Part shown: positions 20,477 through 32,034 of the stretch, in pieces
How positions within the stretch are numbered: the first letter of the stretch is position 1
Layout of the letters: every line of letters starts with the position of its first letter
Source: Patescibacteria group bacterium
GTDB taxonomy: Bacteria > Patescibacteriota > Patescibacteriia > UBA1558 > S5-K13
DNA: 64,000 nucleotides
Assembly (NCBI GenBank): GCA_028692545.1
Contig: JAQUXC010000001.1
Location: forward strand, 1,365 to 65,364
Direction of reading: 5' to 3'
The notes under the pieces: model-generated
Told to the model about the DNA's origin: nothing
The model's database searches: none
What the model saw: the letters and a program-made list of their open reading frames with translations, nothing else
Position numbers and translations under genes: made by a program

Positions 20477-20830
20477 ATGTCAGAAAGAGACAAAGAGTTT
20501 CTAGAAAGTCTTGTAAAATTCCTTGTAGACAGTCCAGACAAGGTAAAAGCAACAAGAACTGTTGATGAAATGGGAGTATTATTAACTCTCGATGTAGATC
20601 CAAATGATATGGGTCAAATAATCGGCAGAAGAGGTAACACAGCAAGAGCAATTAGAACTCTACTTAGAGTAGTAGGTGCTAAGAACAATGCAAGGGTTAA
20701 CCTAAAGATAAATCAACCAGAAGGTGTTAGAGTTCCTTCAGAATACAATAGTTCAGAACATCATAGTTCAGAACATAGAGGTTCAGAAGTAGAAGCATCA
20801 ACATCAGATGTAGATGATCTAAAATTATAA
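20477..20830 (+). CDS. khpA: KH-domain RNA-binding protein KhpA
   Basis: LVDSPDKV, DMGQIIGRRGNTARAIRTLL; located next to trmD. Confidence 0.9.
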   Translation: MSERDKEFLESLVKFLVDSPDKVKATRTVDEMGVLLTLDVDPNDMGQIIGRRGNTARAIRTLLRVVGAKNNARVNLKINQPEGVRVPSEYNSSEHHSSEHRGSEVEASTSDVDDLKL

Positions 20831-20893
20831 ATTTTTTTTAAAACAAAAGGCCGTCTTTACAGATGGCTTTTTGTTTTCTATATTTAATATATT

Positions 20894-21538
20894 ATGCAAT
20901 TCGATATAATCACAATTTTCCCAAAAGTTTTGGACTCTTATTATAATGAGAGTATTATTGGTCGTGCACAAAAAAATAAATTAATAAAGATAAATTATAC
21001 AAATCTTCGAGATTTTACTACCGACCAACATAGAAGTGTTGATGACTCACCATATGGTGGGGGACCAGGAATGATTTTAAAAATTGAACCAATAGCACGT
21101 GCATTAAAATCAATTCGTAGGAAGAAGAAATCAAAAATAGTTTTACTTGATCCAAAAGGAAAATTATACAATCACAAAAAAGCACTTGAATTTTCAAAAC
21201 TCGATCAAATAATTTTTGTAAATGGGTATTATGAAGGAATAGATTCTAGAGTAGATGAGCTGGTAGATGAAAAAATTTCTATGGGAGAATTTGTGCTATC
21301 AAATAGTGAACTTGCAACTGCTATGATAATTGATTCTGCCTCGCGACTTATAAAAGGAGTACTTGGAAATGAAGAATCTCTTAGTGTAGAATCATATTCT
21401 GATAATTTTGTAGAATATCCACAATACACAAGACCAGAGCAAATTAAGATTGAAAAAAATATTTATAAAGTTCCAGAAATTCTTTTGTCTGGTAATCATA
21501 AGGAAATAGAGACGTGGAGAAGAGAAAAAAGAAAGTGA
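20894..21538 (+). CDS. trmD: tRNA (guanine-N1)-methyltransferase
   Basis: DIITIFP, VDDSPYGGGPGM, YEGIDSR, GVLGNEES, EYPQYTRP, VPEILLSGNH. Confidence 0.96.
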   Translation: MQFDIITIFPKVLDSYYNESIIGRAQKNKLIKINYTNLRDFTTDQHRSVDDSPYGGGPGMILKIEPIARALKSIRRKKKSKIVLLDPKGKLYNHKKALEFSKLDQIIFVNGYYEGIDSRVDELVDEKISMGEFVLSNSELATAMIIDSASRLIKGVLGNEESLSVESYSDNFVEYPQYTRPEQIKIEKNIYKVPEILLSGNHKEIETWRREKRK

Positions 21539-21547
21539 TTATTTTTT

Positions 21548-21567
21548 CCTACCTACTGGCAGGCAGG
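21548..21567. repeat. CCTGCC...GGCAGG-type REP-like palindrome
   Basis: CCTACCTACTGGCAGGCAGG just after the trmD stop codon. Confidence 0.55.
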
Positions 21568-21855
21568 TATTTTTATTTATTATGCCCATTGTTTTTTTAC
21601 TTTTTGAAGTTATGATTTTAGAAAATTAGTATCAAAATTACCATATAGTAGATCACTACTTTTTTTATTTTTCAATGCGTTTTTTAGTACAATAGGTAGT
21701 ATATTAAGTTTATATTCTAATTTTCCAATTTTTTATCATAAAAATTAAATATTTTATGTATTTATAATCTCATATTTAAGACTAAAAATCAAACAAAAAA
21801 TACCTATTTCTAGGTATTTTATATTTTATGCCAAATATTGAATATTAGATTTTAT

Positions 21856-22098
21856 CTAGATTAATCTTTTATTTCTAAAAGCTATTCCGGAAGCTGTTTT
21901 TAAATATCTTTCAAAATCTAAAGCTTTTTTCTTATCTAAAAACACGCAATAATAAATTAGTTTCCAAGGTCTAAATTTATTAGTATATGGAGATATTCCT
22001 CTGTTATGATCATTCAATCTATTTTTTAAATATTTAGAAAAACCTGTATAAAATTTGGATTTAAAATTAATGCTTTGAATAATATAAATATAAAACAT
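21856..22098 (-). CDS. Small GIY-YIG nuclease
   Basis: FYIYI...FYTGFS..L..RL..HN.G....T.K.RPW.L.YY..F.....A..FE.YLK..SG.AF. Confidence 0.9.
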   Translation of the reverse strand: MFYIYIIQSINFKSKFYTGFSKYLKNRLNDHNRGISPYTNKFRPWKLIYYCVFLDKKKALDFERYLKTASGIAFRNKRLI

Positions 22099-22213
22099 AA
22101 AAATAAAATCACTAATAAATTAGCGACCCTTTAAAATACATGTGCTCTCCTTCGGAGAATTGGTGTACCATTCGTAGCGTATTTATACCAGAAGAACAAA
22201 TATTAAAAAATAA

Positions 22214-22264
22214 GTCCTTCTTCGCCAAAGGCTATGAAGGACATTCTTCGCTACGCGAAGAATG
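22214..22264. repeat. Composite REP-like palindrome abutting the tRNA-Leu(TAG) 3' end
   Basis: GTCCTTC-TTCGCCAAAGGCTAT-GAAGGAC + CATTCTTCGCTACGCGAAGAATG. Confidence 0.7.
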
Positions 22265-22347
22265 GTACCGGGAAGAGGACTTGAACCTCCAAGCCTTGCG
22301 GCACATGCTCCTAAGGCATGCGTGTATACCAATTCCACCATCCCGGC
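22263..22347 (-). tRNA. tRNA-Leu(TAG)
   Basis: CATGC-CTTAGGA-GCATG anticodon arm, long variable arm, CCA end. Confidence 0.95.
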
Positions 22348-22435
22348 ATTTTCAATTTATCAAATGAATAATAAATTTATTACCTCTTTTGATAATGAAA
22401 TTATTATAGATTTAATATTTTATATAGTCAAGATG

Positions 22436-23029
22436 CTATTTATTACATTCTGCACTCATCAATTTTTCATTGAAACATGTTCCTTGTTGACATATACAAT
22501 CTTCACTTGTATAAGCTGCACAAAAATCAAATAGAGTTGTGCACATTTCTGGTTTTTGATATTGATCAATGAATTTTTTGTTTATGCAACTGCGTGAATG
22601 ACATCCTGGTAATGGTACACAGTCTTCATGATTATTGCATTGTGAATGATTCTCTGTAATTACAGAATTATCTTTTATTATTTCAAAATTACTTATTTCT
22701 ATTGTTTCGTTATTTATAATATAATCAAAATTTGCTTTTAGTGCGATATGTCCATCTTCATAACTTACTATTGCTTTGTTATTTTCTTCTATTTGTAAAT
22801 CTGTAATATAGAAGGTTCCACCAAGAACTGCTTTTTCTGAAGATAAGTTTGATATATTGTCTTTCAAATAATTTTTTAATTTTTCTTCTATGGATAATTG
22901 TTCTTGTTTTACATCTTCATTGTTTTGAGGATTTTCTACATTTTTTGTATTGTTATTATTTTTGAATAAAATTACCACTGTTAGTAATATTACAAGTGTA
23001 AATAATATTATTAGTATTTTTTTTGTCAT
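22436..23029 (-). CDS. Membrane-anchored protein with Cys-rich C-terminal domain
   Basis: N-terminal TM, AVLGGTFY...VSYEDGH, then C....DCVP..CH...C...CT..........C.C....C. Confidence 0.7.
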   Translation of the reverse strand: MTKKILIILFTLVILLTVVILFKNNNNTKNVENPQNNEDVKQEQLSIEEKLKNYLKDNISNLSSEKAVLGGTFYITDLQIEENNKAIVSYEDGHIALKANFDYIINNETIEISNFEIIKDNSVITENHSQCNNHEDCVPLPGCHSRSCINKKFIDQYQKPEMCTTLFDFCAAYTSEDCICQQGTCFNEKLMSAECNK

Positions 23030-23163
23030 AGAATTTTTATCCTATCTTTAGGATAGTTATTTATTATATTATTAATGATATCAGTTTGTGCTTATAAATC
23101 AATCTATTATTGTTTTCATAATAATATATTGTAATAAAAAATAAATATTGATACAATCTATTT

Positions 23164-23706
23164 ATGGATATTTTAGCAATAGTATTTATTTGGCCAATTA
23201 TAATATTTGCTCTAGGACTTACATTTATTGCCTTTGGTGATTTTATGATGAGTGGGCATGGGAATTTAGCATTTTCAATATTATATTCTATATTGTCACC
23301 TGTTTTTACAATTTTGTTTATTATATTGATATTTAAATTTTTTAAAAGGTCTAGAGAAGATAAAATAGGAAACTTTGTAGATAAAATTCGCAATGTTAGT
23401 ATAGGATTTTCTCTATCTCTATTATTTCCTATTGTTGTAAGATACTTTATAGAAGCTACAGACAATTCATTAATAGGAACTATTTTTGGTTTAATTGTTG
23501 GATTTACATTGGTAGTTTCTGGTATGTTTATGAAGAGAAATAAAATTTTGATATATAGTAATATATTAGGTGGCGCTATGGTTCTCATTTATACATATGC
23601 TCAATTATGGAATTTAGGGCAAGGAGCCAGAATAATAGCAGCAGCTTTTGCTCTTATTGTTGCTGTTGTAGTGTCAGTATTGAAATTAAAAGACAAATTA
23701 ACATAA
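23164..23706 (+). CDS. Integral membrane protein
   Basis: About 6 hydrophobic segments. Confidence 0.7.
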   Translation: MDILAIVFIWPIIIFALGLTFIAFGDFMMSGHGNLAFSILYSILSPVFTILFIILIFKFFKRSREDKIGNFVDKIRNVSIGFSLSLLFPIVVRYFIEATDNSLIGTIFGLIVGFTLVVSGMFMKRNKILIYSNILGGAMVLIYTYAQLWNLGQGARIIAAAFALIVAVVVSVLKLKDKLT

Positions 23707-23710
23707 TTTC

Positions 23711-24118
23711 ATGAATCAGAAAAATGTAGCTATAAAATTGATATTTGGTGGTGTTATACTGTTGTTTGGTACCGCCTTAGCTTTTTTTACTGCAAGTTAT
23801 CTTGAAACAAATGAAGTATTTAGTTATTGGACTACATTAGTTATTTTTACTGGTATATATATTTTTGCAGGTATTATAATTCACAAAATATATTCTATAA
23901 GTTTAGGATTTTTGTTTTCTGGGGATATATTATTACTTTATGTATTGGGAGATAATTTTGGTGATATAAATATTTGGGCTAAGTTTATAATTTTGGTAGC
24001 TGTATTAATTATATTATATTCTATTACTTGGCTTGTGTATTCAAAAAAAGATTTTGATCAACCTTCTTTACCGATACAAAATTTAATTAATCCAAATACT
24101 CCAAATATCTCTAGTTAA
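23711..24118 (+). CDS. Integral membrane protein
   Basis: About 4 TM segments, adjacent to and co-oriented with the previous gene. Confidence 0.7.
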   Translation: MNQKNVAIKLIFGGVILLFGTALAFFTASYLETNEVFSYWTTLVIFTGIYIFAGIIIHKIYSISLGFLFSGDILLLYVLGDNFGDINIWAKFIILVAVLIILYSITWLVYSKKDFDQPSLPIQNLINPNTPNISS

Positions 24119-24119
24119 G

Positions 24120-24551
24120 TTATTTTAATTTTTCCCAATTTTCAATTTTACCTTGTATAGTTTCAAAAATAGAATTAGCTTCTATTTTTTTTATTGCTTT
24201 GAGTTTTTTAATTTCATCTGGAGATCTTTTTTCTAATTTTTTTATTAGATGATTGAATTCATATTCTAATTGTTTTGAGTTTACTTTTATTGTTTCAAAT
24301 TTTTTTGGTATTTGAATCTTTTTTACATCAAAATTATAATTTCTTCTTTTGGCTTCTTCTATTATATATAGTAAATACTGATTTATTGATGAAATAGAAT
24401 TTTTTGATTTTTTGAATCTTTCTAATTGAGGGTGATTTTTGTAGCCTTTTGTTTTTCCTTCAAGGACTTTTTTTGCAAGAAGAGATTCTCGCCACAAAGC
24501 TACGAGACCAATCTTGTCTAAATATTTTGGATGTATACTCCAGAGTCTCAT
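24120..24551 (-). CDS. Pyrimidine-dimer DNA glycosylase / endonuclease V family
   Basis: MRLWSIHPKYLD..GLVALWRE.LLA.KVL.GKTKGY.NHPQL.RF. Confidence 0.88.
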   Translation of the reverse strand: MRLWSIHPKYLDKIGLVALWRESLLAKKVLEGKTKGYKNHPQLERFKKSKNSISSINQYLLYIIEEAKRRNYNFDVKKIQIPKKFETIKVNSKQLEYEFNHLIKKLEKRSPDEIKKLKAIKKIEANSIFETIQGKIENWEKLK

Positions 24552-24554
24552 TTT

Positions 24555-25016
24555 TTAATTTAGCTTATATAAATAGAAGTTTAATATAGTGGCAAATGAA
24601 ACCCAGAATAAATATGGGAGTAATAGATATGCGGATGTTCTATTAAGTTTGTAAAAGTTTGTTATTGTTAATATTATAAAAATCAACAGAATAAGAATGT
24701 TTATTAATCCATACAATGGATTTTGTAATGCAAAAAATGAAAAAGACCAAGCAATGTTTAGTATCAATTGTATTGTAAAAATGAAAATTGCTTTTTTATT
24801 GTTTTCTTTTTGCAATATTAAATAAAGAGATATTCCCATTAGTATAAATAGAGAAGTCCATACTGGAGCAAATAACCAATTTGGTGGATTAAATGATGGT
24901 TTTTGTAATGTGCTATACCAAGTAGGAATATTTGGTGTTGTAAAAAGTGAACCAATAAATCCAGCTGAGAGACATACTAAGATTGAGACTATAAATTGTG
25001 CTATTTTTTTTAACAT
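24555..25016 (-). CDS. tspO: TspO/MBR tryptophan-rich sensory protein
   Basis: WY..L.KPSFNPPNWLFAPVWT, QL.LN..WS..FF, LLLPY..WV.FA..LN. Confidence 0.92.
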   Translation of the reverse strand: MLKKIAQFIVSILVCLSAGFIGSLFTTPNIPTWYSTLQKPSFNPPNWLFAPVWTSLFILMGISLYLILQKENNKKAIFIFTIQLILNIAWSFSFFALQNPLYGLINILILLIFIILTITNFYKLNRTSAYLLLPYLFWVSFATILNFYLYKLN

Positions 25017-25031
25017 ATTTTTGTTTAATTA

Positions 25032-25442
25032 TTATTTATTAAAAAATTTTTTAATAATATTTCCGAAATCTTCTATTGTTTTATATTTTTCTATTTTTAT
25101 ATTTTTGTTTCCAGAAATCATTACAGGAATTCTTTTATCTTTTTGTTCACGATAAAAACATAAAATATTTTTTTCCATTGCCTCACTAGATCCAAGTTCA
25201 TAGCCAACTCCAATACTTGGAGTAGATATTTCAGCAATAATAATATCAGATTCCTTTAACCAACTCATGTCTCTATTATATATAAATTTATCTGTTTTGA
25301 TTTCACCTTTTGAATTTAAATTAACATTTCCAACATGTTCAGTAAGAACTGTCCCGTATTGAGATAAAATTTTGATCATTTGGCGATAAATATCTTTGTC
25401 ATCTCTTCCGCCAGTTATTGATCCTGCAAAATAAATTTTCAT
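25032..25442 (-). CDS. Nucleoside 2-deoxyribosyltransferase / DNPH1(Rcl)-like N-glycosidase
   Basis: KIYFAGSI.GGR.D, G.VLTEH, IY.RD..WL..SD..IAE.S.PS.GVGYELG. Confidence 0.88.
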   Translation of the reverse strand: MKIYFAGSITGGRDDKDIYRQMIKILSQYGTVLTEHVGNVNLNSKGEIKTDKFIYNRDMSWLKESDIIIAEISTPSIGVGYELGSSEAMEKNILCFYREQKDKRIPVMISGNKNIKIEKYKTIEDFGNIIKKFFNK

Positions 25443-25636
25443 GTTATTTAGGTTATTGTTGGTTTTGTAATTATATAACTAATAGTAATTATATAACATA
25501 AGTGAGTAAATAAAAGTATATATGATTTTATTTGTTGAAATTTAAAATTTTTTGAATTAGATTAAATAATATTTACCAACAAAACAAAAATACCTATTTG
25601 TGATAAGTATTTTTGATGGTGCCGCGGGAGAGACTT

Positions 25637-25692
25637 CCCGCCTTCACTACTCCCTTTGCTGAAGCTTCGGGAGTCAAGAAAGTTTCGGCGGG
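25637..25692. repeat. Nested REP-like palindromes next to a duplicated tRNA-Leu 3' end
   Basis: CCCGCC...[CTCCC-TTTGCTGAAGCTTC-GGGAG]...GGCGGG. Confidence 0.65.
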
Positions 25693-25770
25693 ATAAACTT
25701 TTCGTCTCTCCTTAATTTTTGTTTTAATAATGTTTTATAAAAAATAAAAACTCTCGAACTTGTCGAGAGG

Positions 25771-25858
25771 TGGTGCCGCGGGAGAGACTCGAACTCTCAC
25801 GAATTATACATCCATTGGATTTTAAGTCCAACGCGTCTACCAATTCCGCCACCACGGC
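25771..25858 (-). tRNA. tRNA-Leu(TAA)
   Basis: TTGGA-CTTAAAA-TCCAA anticodon arm, long variable arm, CCA end. Confidence 0.95.
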
Positions 25859-25919
25859 ACAAACATAAATTTTTTAAAGCTTACTAAATTTCTTAATTAC
25901 AGAATATATTATAATTTTT

Positions 25920-25950
25920 CGCCCTTACGAAGCTTTAGCGAAGTAGGGCG
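25920..25950. repeat. REP-like palindrome (CTTCGCTAAAGCT core)
   Basis: CGCCCT-TACGAAGCTTTAGCGAAGT-AGGGCG. Confidence 0.65.
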
Positions 25951-26107
25951 TCACCACGGCATTTTTTAATTATGAATGATGAATGATGAATTTTGATGTA
26001 AGTTAATTGCTCAGTTTTTAAAACTCATTTTCAAAATTATACTTAATATTATACATAATTGTATTTATTAGGCAAGTATATTATAGTCTTTATTATTTTT
26101 TAATTTT

Positions 26108-27133
26108 TTATATTTGAATATAAGCTATTATCTTTGGATTTATTTCAAATTTTATACCTGATTTTTTTATTTTTTCATTTATTACATCTTTTAATAAATT
26201 AAGACCGCCCTTATTTTTTATTGTTTCTATATTAAATATTCCATTCTCAGAAAATATATTTTGAATTTCATAAAATACTTTTTCGTTTTTTAGATCCTCA
26301 AAAATTTTGTCTATAGTTTTTATTAAATCTATTGCCGTATCTTTACTTTCTTCTAGAAGTAAAACGTCTATCAATCTTTTTGCTCCATCTTCTCCTTCTA
26401 AAACATTTATGAAACTTTGTTCCAATATTGATGTATTTTCTTCTAAAGATTTTTTTGTATCTTCATTCATAAACTTTTCTGTATTTAATCTAAATCCAAC
26501 ATTTTTAAAACCTATGTTTGCGAGCATATCTGCATCAAAAACAATTTTATCTTCTATAGTTATGGGATCAGGGTATCTTTTTCCACTATTTATATATTTT
26601 ACCAAAAAAGGATGGTTCATATGTCTTTCTATTGCAGATTTTACAGTTTCTATAAATTGATCATTTATTTTTATTCCATCTATTGTTGTACCTTCTATTT
26701 TTTTTAATATTTCTTCTGCTCTTTGGATGCCTGCAGTATGATGGGTTTTTAAATCAGATATTAATTTTCCGCTATCATGCAAAATAGTTGCAGTAGTTGC
26801 AGAAACTTTTTCTTTTTTTGATAAGTTTGGAATTTGTTCCATTATTAGAAGCGCGTAATCCAAAACTGTTTTATTATGATTTTCTAAAACTGCCAAATTT
26901 CCCTCTTTTTTTTCTTTTAGTTCTTGATCGGTTTCTTCTTCTATATCTTGTGCATATAAGTATTCTCTCATTTCTATTACTTGAGAGTATTTTTGTTTTT
27001 CTGTTCCATTTTCATTGTCATTTTTCATTTGACTATTATTTTTCATTTCAGGTAATTTGAAATAATATTCATCATTTAAATTTAGAGATTCAGCACTGTT
27101 TGTATTATTATATAAATTTTCAGCTTCCTTCAT
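26108..27133 (-). CDS. HD-domain protein
   Basis: NH..TV, ILHDSGK, HH..G, H, DADML. Confidence 0.8.
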   Translation of the reverse strand: MKEAENLYNNTNSAESLNLNDEYYFKLPEMKNNSQMKNDNENGTEKQKYSQVIEMREYLYAQDIEEETDQELKEKKEGNLAVLENHNKTVLDYALLIMEQIPNLSKKEKVSATTATILHDSGKLISDLKTHHTAGIQRAEEILKKIEGTTIDGIKINDQFIETVKSAIERHMNHPFLVKYINSGKRYPDPITIEDKIVFDADMLANIGFKNVGFRLNTEKFMNEDTKKSLEENTSILEQSFINVLEGEDGAKRLIDVLLLEESKDTAIDLIKTIDKIFEDLKNEKVFYEIQNIFSENGIFNIETIKNKGGLNLLKDVINEKIKKSGIKFEINPKIIAYIQI

Positions 27134-27280
27134 AGTTTTTTATTATTAATAATGTTTATAATAATAGCATTATTATTGTATTTTGTCAACATAAATTTTT
27201 TTATTTTATAATTATAGTATTATAAATATTTAATATTTTAAACTTTGGATTAAAGTTTATTATTTATGTGTTTTAAGCTC

Positions 27281-27627
27281 TTGACTTATTTTTTATTTTC
27301 TATATAATTATTTACAGTTATCCACAAGTAATAATTAACAAAAAAACTTGTATCAAATAGAAAAAAATATAACAAACAAATATAGATTGAGCGGATTTTA
27401 ATACTCTAATTTTATTAGTTATAGAACCGCTAGATAGCGGTTTTTTTGAACCTTAAAAATGTAATCAATAACTAGTAGTAATATCAGGCTTTCTTATGAA
27501 GATTTATCTGGTAGAAATATTTTTTTCTCAAACTGGAGAAATCTTTTGTAGAATCTCTCGCACCTTGGTGCTACTTACTACTAATTATTGCTTATATTAT
27601 TGTGAGCAAAAATTAGCTCATTGAAAA
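27281..27627 (+). promoter_or_regulatory. 23S-5S leader: promoter, DnaA box, two boxA-like sites flanking a long stem
   Basis: TTGACT 27281 / TATAAT 27303; TTATCCACA 27318; GAACCTTAAAAA 27448; GCTCATTGAAAA 27616. Confidence 0.55.
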
Positions 27628-27671
27628 TTTATTTTAAGGTATACTGAAACAAAGAAATATTTTATGTTTCA

Positions 27672-30806
<3,135 letters not shown>

Positions 30807-30897
30807 GAAACATTAAGTGTTTGTTTGAAAGAAAGTATAACTTAAAATAAATTAAAATCATTAGATAGCTTGATGTGAATCACAGTTCACGTCAGGA

Positions 30898-31009
30898 ATT
30901 TGGTGATTTTAGCGGTGGGGAAACACCCGGTCCCATTTCGAACCCGGCAGTTAAGCTCACTTGCGCCGATGATATTGCATTTTTGTGAGAAAGTAGGTAG
31001 TTGCCAATT
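30898..31009 (+). rRNA. rrf: 5S rRNA
   Basis: TGGTGA...CACCCGGTCCCATTTCGAACCCGGCAGTTAAGC...AGTAGGTAGTTGCCA. Confidence 0.95.
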
Positions 31010-31063
31010 ATATGAAAAACTCGAGTTTATACTCGAGTTTTTCTTTTTATGTGTTTTCAAAAT

Positions 31064-31282
31064 TTAATTTATTTCAACAATTTTATTATGAGTTGTATGT
31101 CCTTTTATAATTTCTATATTTGATTTTGAAGTTTTGAAATGTTTTGAAAGAAATTTTATAAGTTCTTCATTTGCTTTTCCTTTTTCTGGGATTGCATTTA
31201 ATTTTATTTTTAAAAAATCATCACGTTGTTCCGTGATTTCATTTTTTTTGGCATTTGTTTGAATTTTTATATTGTATTTCAT
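31064..31282 (-). CDS. DUF167 (YggU) family protein
   Basis: NAKKNEI, A.PEKGKANEELIKFLSK.F, I.I.KG....K.V.I. Confidence 0.88.
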   Translation of the reverse strand: MKYNIKIQTNAKKNEITEQRDDFLKIKLNAIPEKGKANEELIKFLSKHFKTSKSNIEIIKGHTTHNKIVEIN

Positions 31283-31291
31283 ATATCAATG

Positions 31292-31320
31292 GTAGAGGCG
31301 TAGCAATGCTACGCCTCTAC
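31292..31320. repeat. GTAG-type REP palindrome
   Basis: GTAGAGGCGTAGCA-A-TGCTACGCCTCTAC, a perfect inverted repeat with a GTAG tag. Confidence 0.75.
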
Positions 31321-31331
31321 GTGATGATTTT

Positions 31332-31940
31332 TTAAAAATCAAAAATACCTTTTCCTTGTCTCAAAATTTCAATATTATCATCTACCAAACTTACTATTGT
31401 TGATGGTTCATTGTTTAACTCTCCTGCATCAAGGATAAGATCTACTTTTCCATACCAATCCTTTTTTATATCATTAGGATTTATATAATTTATTTCACCG
31501 GCTAAATTTACACTTGTTGTAACAATTGGATTTCCTAAGCTTGATACAATATCAAGACAAACACGATTATCAGGGATTCTAATTCCAATTGCTTTTCTTT
31601 TTGGGTCTTGGAGAATTTTTGGAGCATCACTAGATGCTGTTAATATAAATGTATATGGTCCTGGTAGATATTTTTTTAAAATTTTGTACTGCATGTTTGA
31701 AACATTTGCCCATCTGCTAATATCTTTTAAATCACTACAAATTATACTTAGTGGTTTTTGTTTTTTGCGGTTTTTTATTGTCTGAATTGTTTGAATTGAT
31801 TTTTTGTTTAAAATATCGCAACCAATACCATAAATAGTATCTGTTGGATAGACTACTATTTTTCCAGATTTTAGCATTTCAACTGCACCATTAATAATTT
31901 CTTGATCTGGATTTTTGATGTCGATTTGTTTTATTACCAT
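31332..31940 (-). CDS. Sua5/YciO/YrdC family (threonylcarbamoyl-AMP synthase-like)
   Basis: YPTDTIYGIGC, KPLSIIC, LPGPYTFIL, IGIRIPD, PST, ILRQGKG. Confidence 0.92.
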   Translation of the reverse strand: MVIKQIDIKNPDQEIINGAVEMLKSGKIVVYPTDTIYGIGCDILNKKSIQTIQTIKNRKKQKPLSIICSDLKDISRWANVSNMQYKILKKYLPGPYTFILTASSDAPKILQDPKRKAIGIRIPDNRVCLDIVSSLGNPIVTTSVNLAGEINYINPNDIKKDWYGKVDLILDAGELNNEPSTIVSLVDDNIEILRQGKGIFDF

Positions 31941-31956
31941 GAATTTATTTTATACC

Positions 31957-31987
31957 CAACGTCCGACGTTGGCAACGTCGGACGTTG
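31957..31987. repeat. REP-like palindrome
   Basis: CAACGTCCGACGTTG-G-CAACGTCGGACGTTG; related degenerate copy at about 45251-45274. Confidence 0.7.
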
Positions 31988-32034
31988 CATCAGCTAAAGA
32001 AAATAAGGTAAAATAGCTATATAATAAAAATTTT

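Noticed and set aside
20745-20790. AGTTCAGAACAT short tandem repeats
   Set aside because: Coding low-complexity SSEH repeats in the KhpA tail, not an independent element.
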